From an uncultured Gemmatimonadaceae bacterium (GTDB lineage: Bacteria; Gemmatimonadota; Gemmatimonadetes; Gemmatimonadales; Gemmatimonadaceae), in contig CAWJMB010000002.1 in the NCBI GenBank assembly GCA_963843845.1, positions 2,944,001-3,008,000 on the forward strand: 64,000 nt of DNA, read 5' to 3'. The notes under the pieces are model-generated. The model made no database searches and was not told the origin of the DNA. It was given only the letters and a program-made list of their open reading frames with translations. The position numbers and the translations under genes were made by a program. Below are positions 8,493-18,016 of the stretch, in pieces. Each line of letters starts with the position of its first letter. The first letter of the stretch is position 1.

Positions 8493-9791
8493 TCACCGCG
8501 CCGTGGCCGCCCGGAGCTCCTCGAACGACGCCTCGAAGGCGTCGACGATCCGCTCCGGGTCGGGAACGAGCCCGACGTCGGTCGCCACACCGACGCGCAC
8601 CTGGCCGCAGTAGCTCAGGATGCTCACACCCATTCCGAGCTTCCCGGACTGGGGCACCCAGAACATGAGCGTGTCGACCACGCGCCCCACGAATCGGATC
8701 GGCTCGCGCGGTCCGGGCACGTTGGTCATGACCGTCGTCGCCTTGCCGCCTAACAGATTCACCGCGAGCCGCAGCAGCCGCGTCGTCGTCCGCCCGAAGG
8801 CGCGCAGCAGCCCGAAGATGATGACCGCCTCGGGCGAGCGCTTGATCTCGTCCATCGCCGTCTTGAGCATGCGCAGCCTCTCCGACGCGTCGCGCACGCC
8901 GACCGGGAGGGGGAGGAACACCATCCCGAACTTGTTGCCCAACGCGACGTCGCCCGGTCGGCGCAGGTTCACCGGCACGACGGCGCGCAGCACGTCCGCC
9001 GCCGCCCCGCGCGACGCGAGGTAGCGCCCGAGCGCGCCGGCGACCGTCGACAGAAGCACGTCGTTGATCGTGGCGCCGTGCGCCTTCCCCACCTGCCGCA
9101 CCGCGTCGAGCGCGAGCGGCCGCGACCACACCGCCCGCTTCGTGACGCCGAGCCGGCCGCGGAGCGGCGTGCGCGGGTCGGGGCGCAGATCGGCGATCCT
9201 CGCGAGCGCCGCGGCGACCGTTCCCGTCGCGCGCGCCGCGCTCACGAGCCCGCGCCGGCCGACGAGCCCGCGCGCCGCGTCCCCCGCGTTCGCCGTGCGG
9301 TCGAACGCCGGGAGCAGCGGCGGCTCGTCGGCGATGTGGAGCAGCACCTGCACGAGCGACATGCCGTCGGCGATGCAGTGGTGCACGCGGGCGACGAGCG
9401 CGCCGGCCCCGGTCGGCAGCGTCGCGACGTGGAACTGCCAGAGCGGGCGCGCGTAGTCGAGCGGCGCGCTCATGAGCTCACCGACGAGCGTCTCGAGCGC
9501 CCGATGGTCGTCGGTGCCGCGCTGCGCCTCGACCGCGAACACGTGGTTCGCGAGGTCGAACTCCGCGTCGACGACCCAGCTCGGCCGGCCGAGCGGCCCG
9601 TCGGTCACGACGCGCTGGCGGAAGCGGTCGAAGCGCAGCAGCCGTTCCGCGAGGCCGCGCGCCTCGGCCAGGCCGAACGGCCCGTCGAACGTGAAGACGC
9701 CCGTGATCGTCATCAGGTTCGTCGGGTGCTCCATCCACCACCACGCGCCGTCGGCGGGGGCGAGGGGGAGAGGCGCGGGCGGGGCGGTCAC
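8493..9791 (-). CDS. wax ester synthase / diacylglycerol acyltransferase (WS/DGAT)
   Basis: HHCIADG catalytic motif, RPLWQ, TINDV, GNKFG, TNVPGP. Confidence 0.93.
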   Translation of the reverse strand: MTAPPAPLPLAPADGAWWWMEHPTNLMTITGVFTFDGPFGLAEARGLAERLLRFDRFRQRVVTDGPLGRPSWVVDAEFDLANHVFAVEAQRGTDDHRALETLVGELMSAPLDYARPLWQFHVATLPTGAGALVARVHHCIADGMSLVQVLLHIADEPPLLPAFDRTANAGDAARGLVGRRGLVSAARATGTVAAALARIADLRPDPRTPLRGRLGVTKRAVWSRPLALDAVRQVGKAHGATINDVLLSTVAGALGRYLASRGAAADVLRAVVPVNLRRPGDVALGNKFGMVFLPLPVGVRDASERLRMLKTAMDEIKRSPEAVIIFGLLRAFGRTTTRLLRLAVNLLGGKATTVMTNVPGPREPIRFVGRVVDTLMFWVPQSGKLGMGVSILSYCGQVRVGVATDVGLVPDPERIVDAFEASFEELRAATAR

Positions 9792-10000
9792 GTCGGGCGG
9801 GCGGGGCGCTGGCGGTCGGGTCGGACGTCTCGCGGAACATCCCGGCCCGCACGCCGATGAGCAACTCCGCGCCCGCCGCTACTCCACGATCGTCGTCAGG
9901 CTGAGCCCCCGAGCTGCCAGTGGCCGCCGCGTCTCGTGCCCGGCGTCGTCGTCGTGACGCTCGCCCGGGCCGCCCGCTCGTCACCCCGACCGCGCCACGA

Positions 10001-10040
10001 GAACGAGAAAGCGGGGCCATCACCGAAGTGATGGCCCCGC
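10001..10040 (-). terminator. intrinsic terminator downstream of tRNA-Gln
   Basis: Stem GCGGGGCCATCAC/GTGATGGCCCCGC (10011-10040) followed by TTTCTC on the minus strand. Confidence 0.75.
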
Positions 10041-10055
10041 TCGCACTCGCTGGAG

Positions 10056-10128
10056 TTGCCCCTCCTGGGCTCGAACCAGGACTCTTCTGATCCAGAGTCA
10101 GACGTGTTGCCAGTTACACCAAGGGGCA
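10056..10128 (-). tRNA. tRNA-Gln(CTG)
   Basis: Cloverleaf TGCCCCTTGGTGTAACTGGCAAC...TCTGA-CT-CTG-GA-TCAGA...GGTTCGAGCC...GGGGCAA. CCA not encoded. Confidence 0.95.
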
Positions 10129-10165
10129 GTCCGCGCCCAACGGAACCCTGCGGGGCGAGACACGT

Positions 10166-10194
10166 AAATTATCGGTAGCGTTTGCCTCCGGCAA
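10166..10194 (-). promoter_or_regulatory. putative sigma70 promoter of tRNA-Gln
   Basis: TTGCCG-17nt-TAATTT on the minus strand in an AT-richer patch. Confidence 0.45.
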
Positions 10195-10210
10195 CCCCGA
10201 TCCCGACCTC

Positions 10211-11512
10211 GTGCCCGTTCGCAAGACCCGACGATCGACGTCACGCACGGCGCTCGCGATCGCCGCACTAACCCTCGCCACCACAACCGCTTGCGGCGAC
10301 GGGCCGGCTCGCCTCGGCGCGACCGCGGCCACGGCGCGCGCCAACGCCGACGATCTCTTTCGCGGACTCGGCGTGCGCTTCGTGAACGTGCAGCGCACGC
10401 CGAAGTTCTCCGCCGCCCGCGCGAAGCTGTCGAAGCGCGCGCTGTCGCCGGGCTCGCTCGTCAACGACACGGCCGTGTGGACCGGCGCACCGACCTCGGC
10501 TGCGCGCATACTCGAGATCGAGGGGAGACCGGCGGGCGGCGGCTACCAGTTCGCGCCGCGCACCGGCGCCGCCGTACCGCGCCGGCCAGGCGAATCCCGC
10601 CACACCATCCGGCTCGAGCGGCTCACCGACAGCGACTACCGCTGGTCGACGCTCGTCGAGCACGCGGTCGGGGGCGTGGCGCCCAGCGACGCCGCGGCGG
10701 GGATGTCGGCGTGGCTCGCGAGCTTCGAGCGGAGCGCGACCGACCTCCGCGCGTCCCTCCGAACGACGCTCCCCCGCACGAGCGCCGCGCTCGGCAGGCT
10801 GTTCGTCCTCGACAGCGTGCGCACGACGCGCCTCGCCGATGCGTCGACGGTCGTCGATCTGCGCATCCGGGTCGAGGGAGAGCGCCTGAAGCCGGCGATG
10901 CCGGCGCTCGCGCGCTACGTCGACAAGTACGTCGAGCCGGCACGCTACGTCGTGCAGCTCGCCGACGCGCGCGGCGGCCGCTACCTGGATGCGCGCATGG
11001 ACGACGCCATCATGACGTTCCGCTTCCGCACTGCCGGCGGCCGTCTGCTCGCGCTCGACGGCCCGGCCCGCCCGCTCCCCGATTCGGCGCAGCTGCGTGT
11101 CGACGCGTTCGAGCACTTCTTCATCTTCGACGTCGGCGTCACGGCGATGGTCGGCGACTTCACCATGCTGCGCTCGGCGACCGCGCGCGGCTGGACGATG
11201 CGCTTCCGCCGAGCGCCGAAGTGGCACCTCCCCCTCGCCGTGAAGCACCTGATCTCCGGTCCGCTCGACCGCCCGTTCCAGGATCAGGGCATCCTGTTCA
11301 CCCTGCTGCTCCGCGACGACGGTGACCAGACGCTGCTCGTGCGACAGTTCGACGCGACGGTGCGCGAGAGTGCCATCGTGCGCTGGCTCGGCGGGCTGGG
11401 GGCCGGGGCGGCGGACGACTTCCAGGGGCGCACGGAGACCGAGGAGAATCGCTTCATCGCTGACGCCTTACTGGCCCTGCGCGCCGACATCATCGCGGCA
11501 CTCGGCGGCTGA
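10211..11512 (+). CDS. hypothetical lipoprotein
   Basis: Basic N-terminus, hydrophobic stretch and TTAC lipobox-like site; 433 aa with coding-like codon use. Confidence 0.75.
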   Translation: MPVRKTRRSTSRTALAIAALTLATTTACGDGPARLGATAATARANADDLFRGLGVRFVNVQRTPKFSAARAKLSKRALSPGSLVNDTAVWTGAPTSAARILEIEGRPAGGGYQFAPRTGAAVPRRPGESRHTIRLERLTDSDYRWSTLVEHAVGGVAPSDAAAGMSAWLASFERSATDLRASLRTTLPRTSAALGRLFVLDSVRTTRLADASTVVDLRIRVEGERLKPAMPALARYVDKYVEPARYVVQLADARGGRYLDARMDDAIMTFRFRTAGGRLLALDGPARPLPDSAQLRVDAFEHFFIFDVGVTAMVGDFTMLRSATARGWTMRFRRAPKWHLPLAVKHLISGPLDRPFQDQGILFTLLLRDDGDQTLLVRQFDATVRESAIVRWLGGLGAGAADDFQGRTETEENRFIADALLALRADIIAALGG

Positions 11513-11560
11513 ACGGGCTCGAACGGCGGCAGGCCTCACGCCGTTCCAGGACGACGGCAA

Positions 11561-11594
11561 GAGCGCCGCGACTCGGCAGGGAGTCGCGGCGCTC
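11561..11594. terminator. perfect 14-bp hairpin between convergent units (likely bidirectional terminator)
   Basis: GAGCGCCGCGACTC-ggcagg-GAGTCGCGGCGCTC. Confidence 0.65.
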
Positions 11595-11753
11595 AGCGTA
11601 TGTCGTCGGGATCGCGGGAGCTAGTCACGCGACCGCCGGAATGCGCTTGCCTCGCGCGCCGTCATTGGAACTCTACGTCCTACCGAGCGGCGGCGGGCAG
11701 TGATGTGTTCTACACCATGCGGCCTGAACTGTGCCGCGTCAAGACTGTTGCGA

Positions 11754-11826
11754 TGGAGCAGAGGGGGATCGAACCCCTGACCTCACCGATGCGAACGGTG
11801 CGCTCTCCCAGCTGAGCTACAGCCCC
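11754..11826 (-). tRNA. tRNA-Ala(CGC)
   Basis: GGGGCTGTAGCTCAGCTGGGAGAGCG-CACCG-TT-CGC-AT-CGGTG...GGTTCGATCCC...CTCCA, with the G3:U70 Ala identity pair. Confidence 0.95.
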
Positions 11827-11870
11827 AGGCGACGAAACGGCCCCGCGATGCGGGGCCGCTCGACCTTCCA

Positions 11871-11898
11871 AAGATAGCGAGCGTGCCTGCGTCGTCAA
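11871..11898 (-). promoter_or_regulatory. putative sigma70 promoter of tRNA-Ala
   Basis: TTGACG-16nt-TATCTT on the minus strand. Confidence 0.55.
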
Positions 11899-11903
11899 GC
11901 GTG

Positions 11904-12344
11904 TCAGGCACCGTCGGCTGGCTGGCCGGACGACGGCCGGACGTCACTCGAACGATCGACCGGAGCGTCGGCCGGCACGTCCCGCTCGTCGAACCCCCGC
12001 TCGCGCGGCGCATCGGCGAGTCCGCCATTCGCCTCGTCGCCGCGGCTGACGGCGCGCTGCATCTCACGATCGCTGCCCCCCACGTCCTCGCCACCCACGA
12101 CACGCTCCTGGCGACTCGCCCGGCTCCGCGACTCACCCCCTTCCCGACCGATCGCCGCCATGTGCGCACGATCGCGGCTCACGACGATCCCCCCCTTCTG
12201 CCCCGCCGAACGGGCCTCGTCCGAGCTCCATTCGTGTGCGGTCCCCTTCTCGTGCGCGGCCCGTCCGCCCTTGCTCGCGATCTCGCGCTGTCGCGAGGGG
12301 TCCATCGACGCGAAGCCGCGCTTGCTCTTTCCCGAACCGGCCAT
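11904..12344 (-). CDS. KGG-repeat general stress protein
   Basis: RGFASMDPSRQREIASKGG, EARSAGQKGG and MAAIGREGG repeats. Confidence 0.88.
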   Translation of the reverse strand: MAGSGKSKRGFASMDPSRQREIASKGGRAAHEKGTAHEWSSDEARSAGQKGGIVVSRDRAHMAAIGREGGESRSRASRQERVVGGEDVGGSDREMQRAVSRGDEANGGLADAPRERGFDERDVPADAPVDRSSDVRPSSGQPADGA

Positions 12345-12489
12345 ACAGCCTCCCGCGGGTCGTAAAGGTCAGGCGGCCCCCCTGTAGCCGCTTGTCCCTC
12401 GTAAAGTGCGGCGTTGCCGCCACAGTGTCCAGTCACGACGTGCGCGTTGCCACACACGACGACAACCCGGCGCACGAGGCACCCGCCCC

Positions 12490-13464
12490 TCACCCCGCAA
12501 CCGTCTCGCCGCCGAGTAGTGTGAGCACCTCGCCGGTGATGTAGCTCGAGTCGGCGTTGGAGGCGAAGAAGACGTAGGCCGGCGCGACTTCCTCGGGCTG
12601 CCCCGGCCGCTTCATCGGCTGCTCCTGACCGAACTCGGCCACTTGCTCGGCGGGCTTGGACTGCGGGTTGAGGGGCGTCCAGATCGGGCCGGGAGCCACG
12701 CAGTTCACCCGGATCTTTCGCGACACGAGGCTCTGCGCGAGCGACTTCGTGAAGGCGTGGATCGCCCCTTTCGTCGACGCGTAGTCGATCAGCGTCCTGG
12801 CGCCCTCGAGTCCGGTGATCGAGCCGGTGTTGATGATCGAGCCGCCGTGCGGCAGGTGCTCGAGCGCGGCTTTCGCGAACCAGAAGTACGCGAAGATGTT
12901 CGTCGTGAACGTCTTCTCCCACTCGGCGTCGTCGATCTCGGCGATCGAGTCCTTGTCCTTCTGATGGGCCGCGTTGTTGACGAGGATGTCGAGCCCGCCG
13001 AGCTCGTCGACGGTGCGGCGAACGGCGTCGCGACAGAACGCGGCACTCGTCACGTCGCCAGCGATGCGCACGCACCGGCGTCCGAGCGCCTCGATCGCCT
13101 GCGCGATCTCGGCCGCGTCCGCCTCTTCCTCCTCCAGGTAGACGATCGCGACGTCCGCGCCCTCACGCGCGAACAGCCAGGCTACCGCGCGCCCGATCCC
13201 CGAGTCGCCGCCCGTGATGAGCGCGCGCTTTCCATCGAGCTTCCCGGCCTCGCGATAGGACGGCGCGCGCCACTGCGGCTGGAGTCGCAAGTCGCGCTCG
13301 CTCCCCGGCTCCTCCTGATGCTGCGCCGGCATCTTCGACGGGTGCTGGTCGATGCGCCGGTCGGGGTCGCTGCTCTCCGCGCCCGCGGCGCGCGCGCGCG
13401 CGATCTCGTCGCGCAGTGGGTCGCCGTGCGGGGACGTGCTCGAGCTATCGTCGCTGTGTGGCAT
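12490..13464 (-). CDS. SDR oxidoreductase (YghA/YhxC-like stress SDR)
   Basis: Motifs KLDGKRALITGGDSGIGRA, NNAA, YASTK, VNCVAPGPIWTPL. Confidence 0.92.
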   Translation of the reverse strand: MPHSDDSSSTSPHGDPLRDEIARARAAGAESSDPDRRIDQHPSKMPAQHQEEPGSERDLRLQPQWRAPSYREAGKLDGKRALITGGDSGIGRAVAWLFAREGADVAIVYLEEEEADAAEIAQAIEALGRRCVRIAGDVTSAAFCRDAVRRTVDELGGLDILVNNAAHQKDKDSIAEIDDAEWEKTFTTNIFAYFWFAKAALEHLPHGGSIINTGSITGLEGARTLIDYASTKGAIHAFTKSLAQSLVSRKIRVNCVAPGPIWTPLNPQSKPAEQVAEFGQEQPMKRPGQPEEVAPAYVFFASNADSSYITGEVLTLLGGETVAG

Positions 13465-13534
13465 CGCGTGAGGTGATTGAAGGAGCGCGTCGGAAGTGCA
13501 GGGGGCGGGCCGCCCGTCGATAGATTGCCGCCCC

Positions 13535-14464
13535 ATGTCGCTCACGATTCGCTTCCTCGGCACCGCCGCCGCACGGCCGACGGTCGAACGCAACGTCTCG
13601 TCGCTCGCCGTCATCCGGGGCGGAGAGACGCTGCTCGTCGACTGCGGCGAGGGGACGCAGCGGCAGATGATGCGGTACGGAATCACGTTCGCGTTCGACG
13701 ACGTGTTCTTCACGCACATGCATACCGACCACGTGCTCGGCGTCATCGGTCTCACGCGGACGCTGCAGCTCGGCGGACGCACGGAGCCGCTGCGGCTGTG
13801 GGGGCCGCGCGGCTCGGGGCGGCAGCTCCGCGAGGCGATCGCGTTCGGCGGCGACCGGCTCGGCTTTCCCGTCGAGATCGTGGAGGTCGAGCCGCTGACG
13901 CCGATCGCGCGAACCGACTACGCGATCGTTCCGTTCGCGGTCGACCACCGCACGCAGGCCGTCGGCTACGCGTTCGTCGAGGAGGAGCGCCGCGGGCGCT
14001 TCAACCCCGATCTGGCGCGATCGTTAGGCGTTCCCGAGGGACCGCTGTGGGGGCGGCTCCACCGCGGCGAGGTCATCACGCTCGACGACGGCACCGTCGT
14101 CGATCCCGCGGTGCTCGTCGGCGCCACGCGCCCCGGCCGCAGAGTCGTCGTGACCGGCGACACGCGCCCGAGCCCGACGACGGTCGAGATGGCGCGCGGC
14201 GCCGATCTCCTCGTGCACGAGGCGACGTTCGCCGAGGAGGAGGCGGAGCGCGCCGTGGACACCGGTCACTCGACGGCGCGCGAGGCGGCGAGCGTGGCGC
14301 GCGACGCGGCGGCGCTGCGGCTCGTGCTCACGCACATCTCCGCGCGCTACTCGGCGGACACCCGCGATCTCGAGCGCGAGGCGCGCAACGTCTTCCCCGC
14401 GACGTCGATCGCGAAGGACGGCACGGAGATCGTCGTACCGTTTCGCGACGAGCCGAGCGCCTGA
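13535..14464 (+). CDS. rnz: ribonuclease Z
   Basis: Motifs FLGT, DCGEGTQ, THMHTDH, GP-rich exosite, GDTRP, HEATF, HST, THISARY. Confidence 0.93.
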   Translation: MSLTIRFLGTAAARPTVERNVSSLAVIRGGETLLVDCGEGTQRQMMRYGITFAFDDVFFTHMHTDHVLGVIGLTRTLQLGGRTEPLRLWGPRGSGRQLREAIAFGGDRLGFPVEIVEVEPLTPIARTDYAIVPFAVDHRTQAVGYAFVEEERRGRFNPDLARSLGVPEGPLWGRLHRGEVITLDDGTVVDPAVLVGATRPGRRVVVTGDTRPSPTTVEMARGADLLVHEATFAEEEAERAVDTGHSTAREAASVARDAAALRLVLTHISARYSADTRDLEREARNVFPATSIAKDGTEIVVPFRDEPSA

Positions 14465-14483
14465 CGGCTGGCCGTCGCACGGA

Positions 14484-14795
14484 TCACAGCGGCGACAGCC
14501 GCGGCACCGTGCTCGCGATCGGCATCGACTTGCGGAACAGCGTCCGCAGCTGCTCCGCGGTCAGGCTCGCGAGCACGTCGGCCGGATCGAGGCGGGCCGT
14601 CACGTCGCTCGCCTCCGGGCCGCTGCTCAGGTACCAGGCGTAGCGGTCGCGTGCGGTGGTCGTGTGGTGGGGGTGATGAAACACGACCATCGCGTTCGAC
14701 GCGCTCGGAGAGCGGACTTCGACGCGCCAGACGGCGCCGTCCGGCGCGGCGTAGTCGCGGTATTTCGGTCGCTTGCTGAACAGCGCCCAGATCAT
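14484..14795 (-). CDS. small hypothetical protein
   Basis: Compact ORF MIWALFSK...DGAVWRVEV...YAWY. Confidence 0.65.
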   Translation of the reverse strand: MIWALFSKRPKYRDYAAPDGAVWRVEVRSPSASNAMVVFHHPHHTTTARDRYAWYLSSGPEASDVTARLDPADVLASLTAEQLRTLFRKSMPIASTVPRLSPL

Positions 14796-14817
14796 CGCGG
14801 GGCCTCGAGAGCGGTCG

Positions 14818-15345
14818 TCATGCGCGAACAGTAACGGCGTCGGGCTCGTCGGACGCGCCGGCGTGGCGCGCCTCGGCGTCACGCTCCTCGAGGCGACGCT
14901 GGCGGCGCGCGCGCGCGGCCTCGTTCCGGCGAACCTCGTCGTCGGTCTCGGGGCGCAGCGGCGGGACGTCGAGCGGACGGCCGTTGCGATCGATCGCGAC
15001 GAAGGTGAGGTAGCACGAGTTCGTGTGGCGGCGGCGCCCCGTCGTGAGCTCCTCCGCCTCGATGCGCACGCCCACCTCCATCGACGTGCGGCCGACGAAG
15101 TTCACGCTCGCCTTCATCACCACGAGGTCGCCGACGTGGATCGGCTCGCGGAAGTCGACGCGGTCGATGCTGACGGTGACGCAGGCGGCGCGCGCGTGGC
15201 GGAACGCCGCGACGGCGGCGGCCTTGTCCATCATCGAGAGGATGACGCCGCCGAACACGTGGCCGAGCACGTTCGCGTCGTGCGGCATCATCAGCTCGGA
15301 GGTCTCATGCTGGCTCTCACGGGGAGAGCGGCTGGCGAAGGTCAT
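14818..15345 (-). CDS. acyl-CoA thioesterase (hotdog fold, YciA-like)
   Basis: Motifs PHDANVLGHVFGG, MDKAA, VTVSIDRVDF, VGRTSMEV, TFVAID. Confidence 0.92.
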   Translation of the reverse strand: MTFASRSPRESQHETSELMMPHDANVLGHVFGGVILSMMDKAAAVAAFRHARAACVTVSIDRVDFREPIHVGDLVVMKASVNFVGRTSMEVGVRIEAEELTTGRRRHTNSCYLTFVAIDRNGRPLDVPPLRPETDDEVRRNEAARARRQRRLEERDAEARHAGASDEPDAVTVRA

Positions 15346-15350
15346 GACGA

Positions 15351-16622
15351 TTACCTGGTCGTCCCTCGCTGGGCGCGGGGCGACGACGGTGGTGGTCGGT
15401 ACGTGACACGGGAGAGGCGCGACGCGAGAGCGCGGCGCGCGTTCGACGCCGAGATCGCGTCGGCGCCGTACTGCGCGCTCTCGTTGAACGCCCGCGTGAG
15501 CGCGCGGCGCCCGCCCGCGTCGAGACGCGCGCGGTCGAGCGAGTAGAGCTGGCGCACCGGCGCCGGAACGCGGGCGAGCGGCCACTCGGCACGGGCGGCA
15601 TCGCGCCGCGTCCGCGCGCGGAGCACGAGCGCGGCCGTCGTCTCGGTGCCCGACGGTCGCGCGATGACGTCGGCCGAGTCGAGCGTCCAGCGCGACGTGT
15701 CGTGCGTGGCGACGGGAAGCGTCTGCGCGACGTCGGTGCTCCACCACGCGGGAGCGGCGCCGGGCACCGCGATCGGCGGCAGCGACAGCGTGACGTCGTG
15801 GCCGTCGACGTCGCGCCCGACGGCGACGAACGTCACGGCCGGACGCGGGCCGTCGTTCGCGAGACCGAAGTTGTCGGCGGCGAAGCGGAACGACGGCAGC
15901 GCGTGCAGCGCGCGCACGCCGGCCTCGTCGTCGGCGCTGCCGCCTCTGGCGAGTGTCTGGACCGAGTCGAGCGCGCGGCCTAACGCGACGCGCCCGGCCG
16001 CGGCGAGGGAGTCGGCGGCCGGCCGGCCGAAGAGCGCGGCGAGCGACACCGTCGTCGCCGACCGCAGATCGATGACGACCCGGCGCGTCGAATGGCGCTC
16101 GGCGATCCCGGCGCCGTCGACGTCGGCGAACGCGTCGTAGGTGAGATAGGGGCCGTGCACGTCGACGAGCGAGACGTCGGCGATCGCCGACGTGTGCGGT
16201 CGCTCCGCGGTGTCGTCGTCGGGGGCGAGCGGCGTCTCGTGCGGGTGCGCGTCGCCGTACCGTCGCGCGAGCGCGGGGACGAGCGAGTCCACCGCGACGG
16301 CGGTCGAGTCGCCGCCGAGGAGGTCGCGGCGGTAGATGCGCTGCGAGGCGAACACCGCGTCGTGATACGAGCGGTCGTCGTCGGTCGCGTAGATCTCGTA
16401 CGTGCGTCCGCCGTAGTGTGCGATGAGCATCGGCGACGACCGCACACGGACACGCGCCGAGTCGGTCGCGATCCAGAACGTCGAGTCGCCGGCGCTGAGC
16501 AGGAACTCCGCCGCCGGCCGGCGGGATGCGGCGCCCTCGCCGCCCCGCTCGCCCGCCCCGCAGGCGAGCGTCGCGGCGAGCAGCGCGAGCGAGGCGCGTG
16601 GTCCAGAGCGAGGCAACGTCAT
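15351..16622 (-). CDS. hypothetical lipoprotein
   Basis: LLAATLAC lipobox; 423-aa coding-like ORF. Confidence 0.75.
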   Translation of the reverse strand: MTLPRSGPRASLALLAATLACGAGERGGEGAASRRPAAEFLLSAGDSTFWIATDSARVRVRSSPMLIAHYGGRTYEIYATDDDRSYHDAVFASQRIYRRDLLGGDSTAVAVDSLVPALARRYGDAHPHETPLAPDDDTAERPHTSAIADVSLVDVHGPYLTYDAFADVDGAGIAERHSTRRVVIDLRSATTVSLAALFGRPAADSLAAAGRVALGRALDSVQTLARGGSADDEAGVRALHALPSFRFAADNFGLANDGPRPAVTFVAVGRDVDGHDVTLSLPPIAVPGAAPAWWSTDVAQTLPVATHDTSRWTLDSADVIARPSGTETTAALVLRARTRRDAARAEWPLARVPAPVRQLYSLDRARLDAGGRRALTRAFNESAQYGADAISASNARRALASRLSRVTYRPPPSSPRAQRGTTR

Positions 16623-16672
16623 CGGTGTAAATATAGTTCCGCCCGGTTCGGTCCCGTCTCACGCCTTCGCTC

Positions 16673-17977
16673 ATGCCGTTCTCGCTCGCCGCACGTCGCA
16701 CGACGTCGCCCGCGTTCACCCGCGCCCTCCTCACGGTCGCCATGCACGCGATCGCCACGCTCGCGCTCGCCGCGTGTGACACCGGCTCGCGCGCCGACGC
16801 CGCGCAGACCGCGGTGCGCGACGCTGCCGCAGGCCGCACGACGGCCGACACGGTGGCGACCGCGCCGTCGAGCACATCCTCGCCGACACCGACCGACACC
16901 GCGGCCGCCCGCCTCGCGCGCAACGACGGGCCGGCGCCGGCGGTCCGCGCTCTGTACGTGAACCGGTTCGCCGCGCAGAGCACGAAGCGCATGCGGCACT
17001 ACATCGCGCTCGCCGACTCGACCGAGATCAACGCGCTCGTCATCGACATCAAAGACGAGTTCGGGTTGAACTATCGCTCGGCGGTGCCGTCGATCGCGGA
17101 GAACTCCGGTACGATGGGGAAGCTGCGCGACGTCAAGGCGCTCGTCGACACGCTGCGCGCACACGGGATCCTGCCCATCGCGCGCATCGTCGTGTTCAAG
17201 GACTCGGTGACGGCGCGCGTGCACCCCGAGTGGACGATCCGCCGTGCCGACGGCTCGGCGTGGCGCGATCACAAGGGGCTCGCGTGGGTGAACCCGTATC
17301 ACCACGAGCTGTGGGACTACAACATCGGCGTGGCCGAGGAGATGGCGAAGCTCGGCTTCGGCGAAGTGCAGTTCGACTACATCCGCTTTCCCGAGCCGTA
17401 CAAGTCGCTGCCGCAGCAGATCTTTCCCGGGGCGAGCAACGTCGCGAAGCCGGACGCGATCGCCGCGTTCCTGAAGGAGGCGAACGAGCGGCTCGACAAG
17501 CTCGGCGTGCGCACGACGGCGGACATCTTCGGGCTCGTGACGACGGTCGGCGGGCCCCTCGAGGTCGCGCAGCACTGGGAGCGGCTCTCGCCGGTGACCG
17601 ACGTGCTGCTCCCGATGGTGTACCCGTCGCACTACCCGCGCGGCAGCTTCGGCATCCCGGTACCGAACGCGGACCCGTACCGCACGATCAACATCGCGAT
17701 CAGCCGCGCGCGCGAGCGCGACGAGAAGCTCGGCATCACGGCGGCGACGGCGGGGGAGCACGTGCGGCCGTGGCTGCAGGCGTTCTCGTTGGGCAAGCCC
17801 GAGTACGGCGCCGAGCAGGTACGGCAGCAGAAGCAGGCCGTGTACGACGCGGGCTACGACGGGTGGGTGCTCTGGCACCCCGGCTCGAAGTACGAGCCGT
17901 TCGAGGCGGCGCTCGAGCGCGGCGAGCTCGTGTCGCGCAAGAAGGCGCAGCCGACGGCGTCGAAGGGGATCGAGTGA
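16673..17977 (+). CDS. putative glycoside hydrolase (DUF4015-like), lipoprotein
   Basis: LAAC lipobox; motifs NALVIDIKD, ARIVVFKD, EVQFDYIRFP, PMVYPSHY, RPWLQAF. Confidence 0.85.
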   Translation: MPFSLAARRTTSPAFTRALLTVAMHAIATLALAACDTGSRADAAQTAVRDAAAGRTTADTVATAPSSTSSPTPTDTAAARLARNDGPAPAVRALYVNRFAAQSTKRMRHYIALADSTEINALVIDIKDEFGLNYRSAVPSIAENSGTMGKLRDVKALVDTLRAHGILPIARIVVFKDSVTARVHPEWTIRRADGSAWRDHKGLAWVNPYHHELWDYNIGVAEEMAKLGFGEVQFDYIRFPEPYKSLPQQIFPGASNVAKPDAIAAFLKEANERLDKLGVRTTADIFGLVTTVGGPLEVAQHWERLSPVTDVLLPMVYPSHYPRGSFGIPVPNADPYRTINIAISRARERDEKLGITAATAGEHVRPWLQAFSLGKPEYGAEQVRQQKQAVYDAGYDGWVLWHPGSKYEPFEAALERGELVSRKKAQPTASKGIE

Positions 17978-18016
17978 CGTGCACGACCGCACGAGCGGCC
18001 TGATCCGTCCCGCCTG

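Noticed and set aside
4448..8590. 1380-aa ORF apparently fusing the small domain to the ABC1 kinase
   Set aside because: The middle is an Arg-rich shadow frame of the reductase. The fusion results from indels near 8265 and 4930.
10056..11826. tRNA-flanked genomic island
   Set aside because: It holds a single host-like lipoprotein gene, with no integrase or direct repeats.
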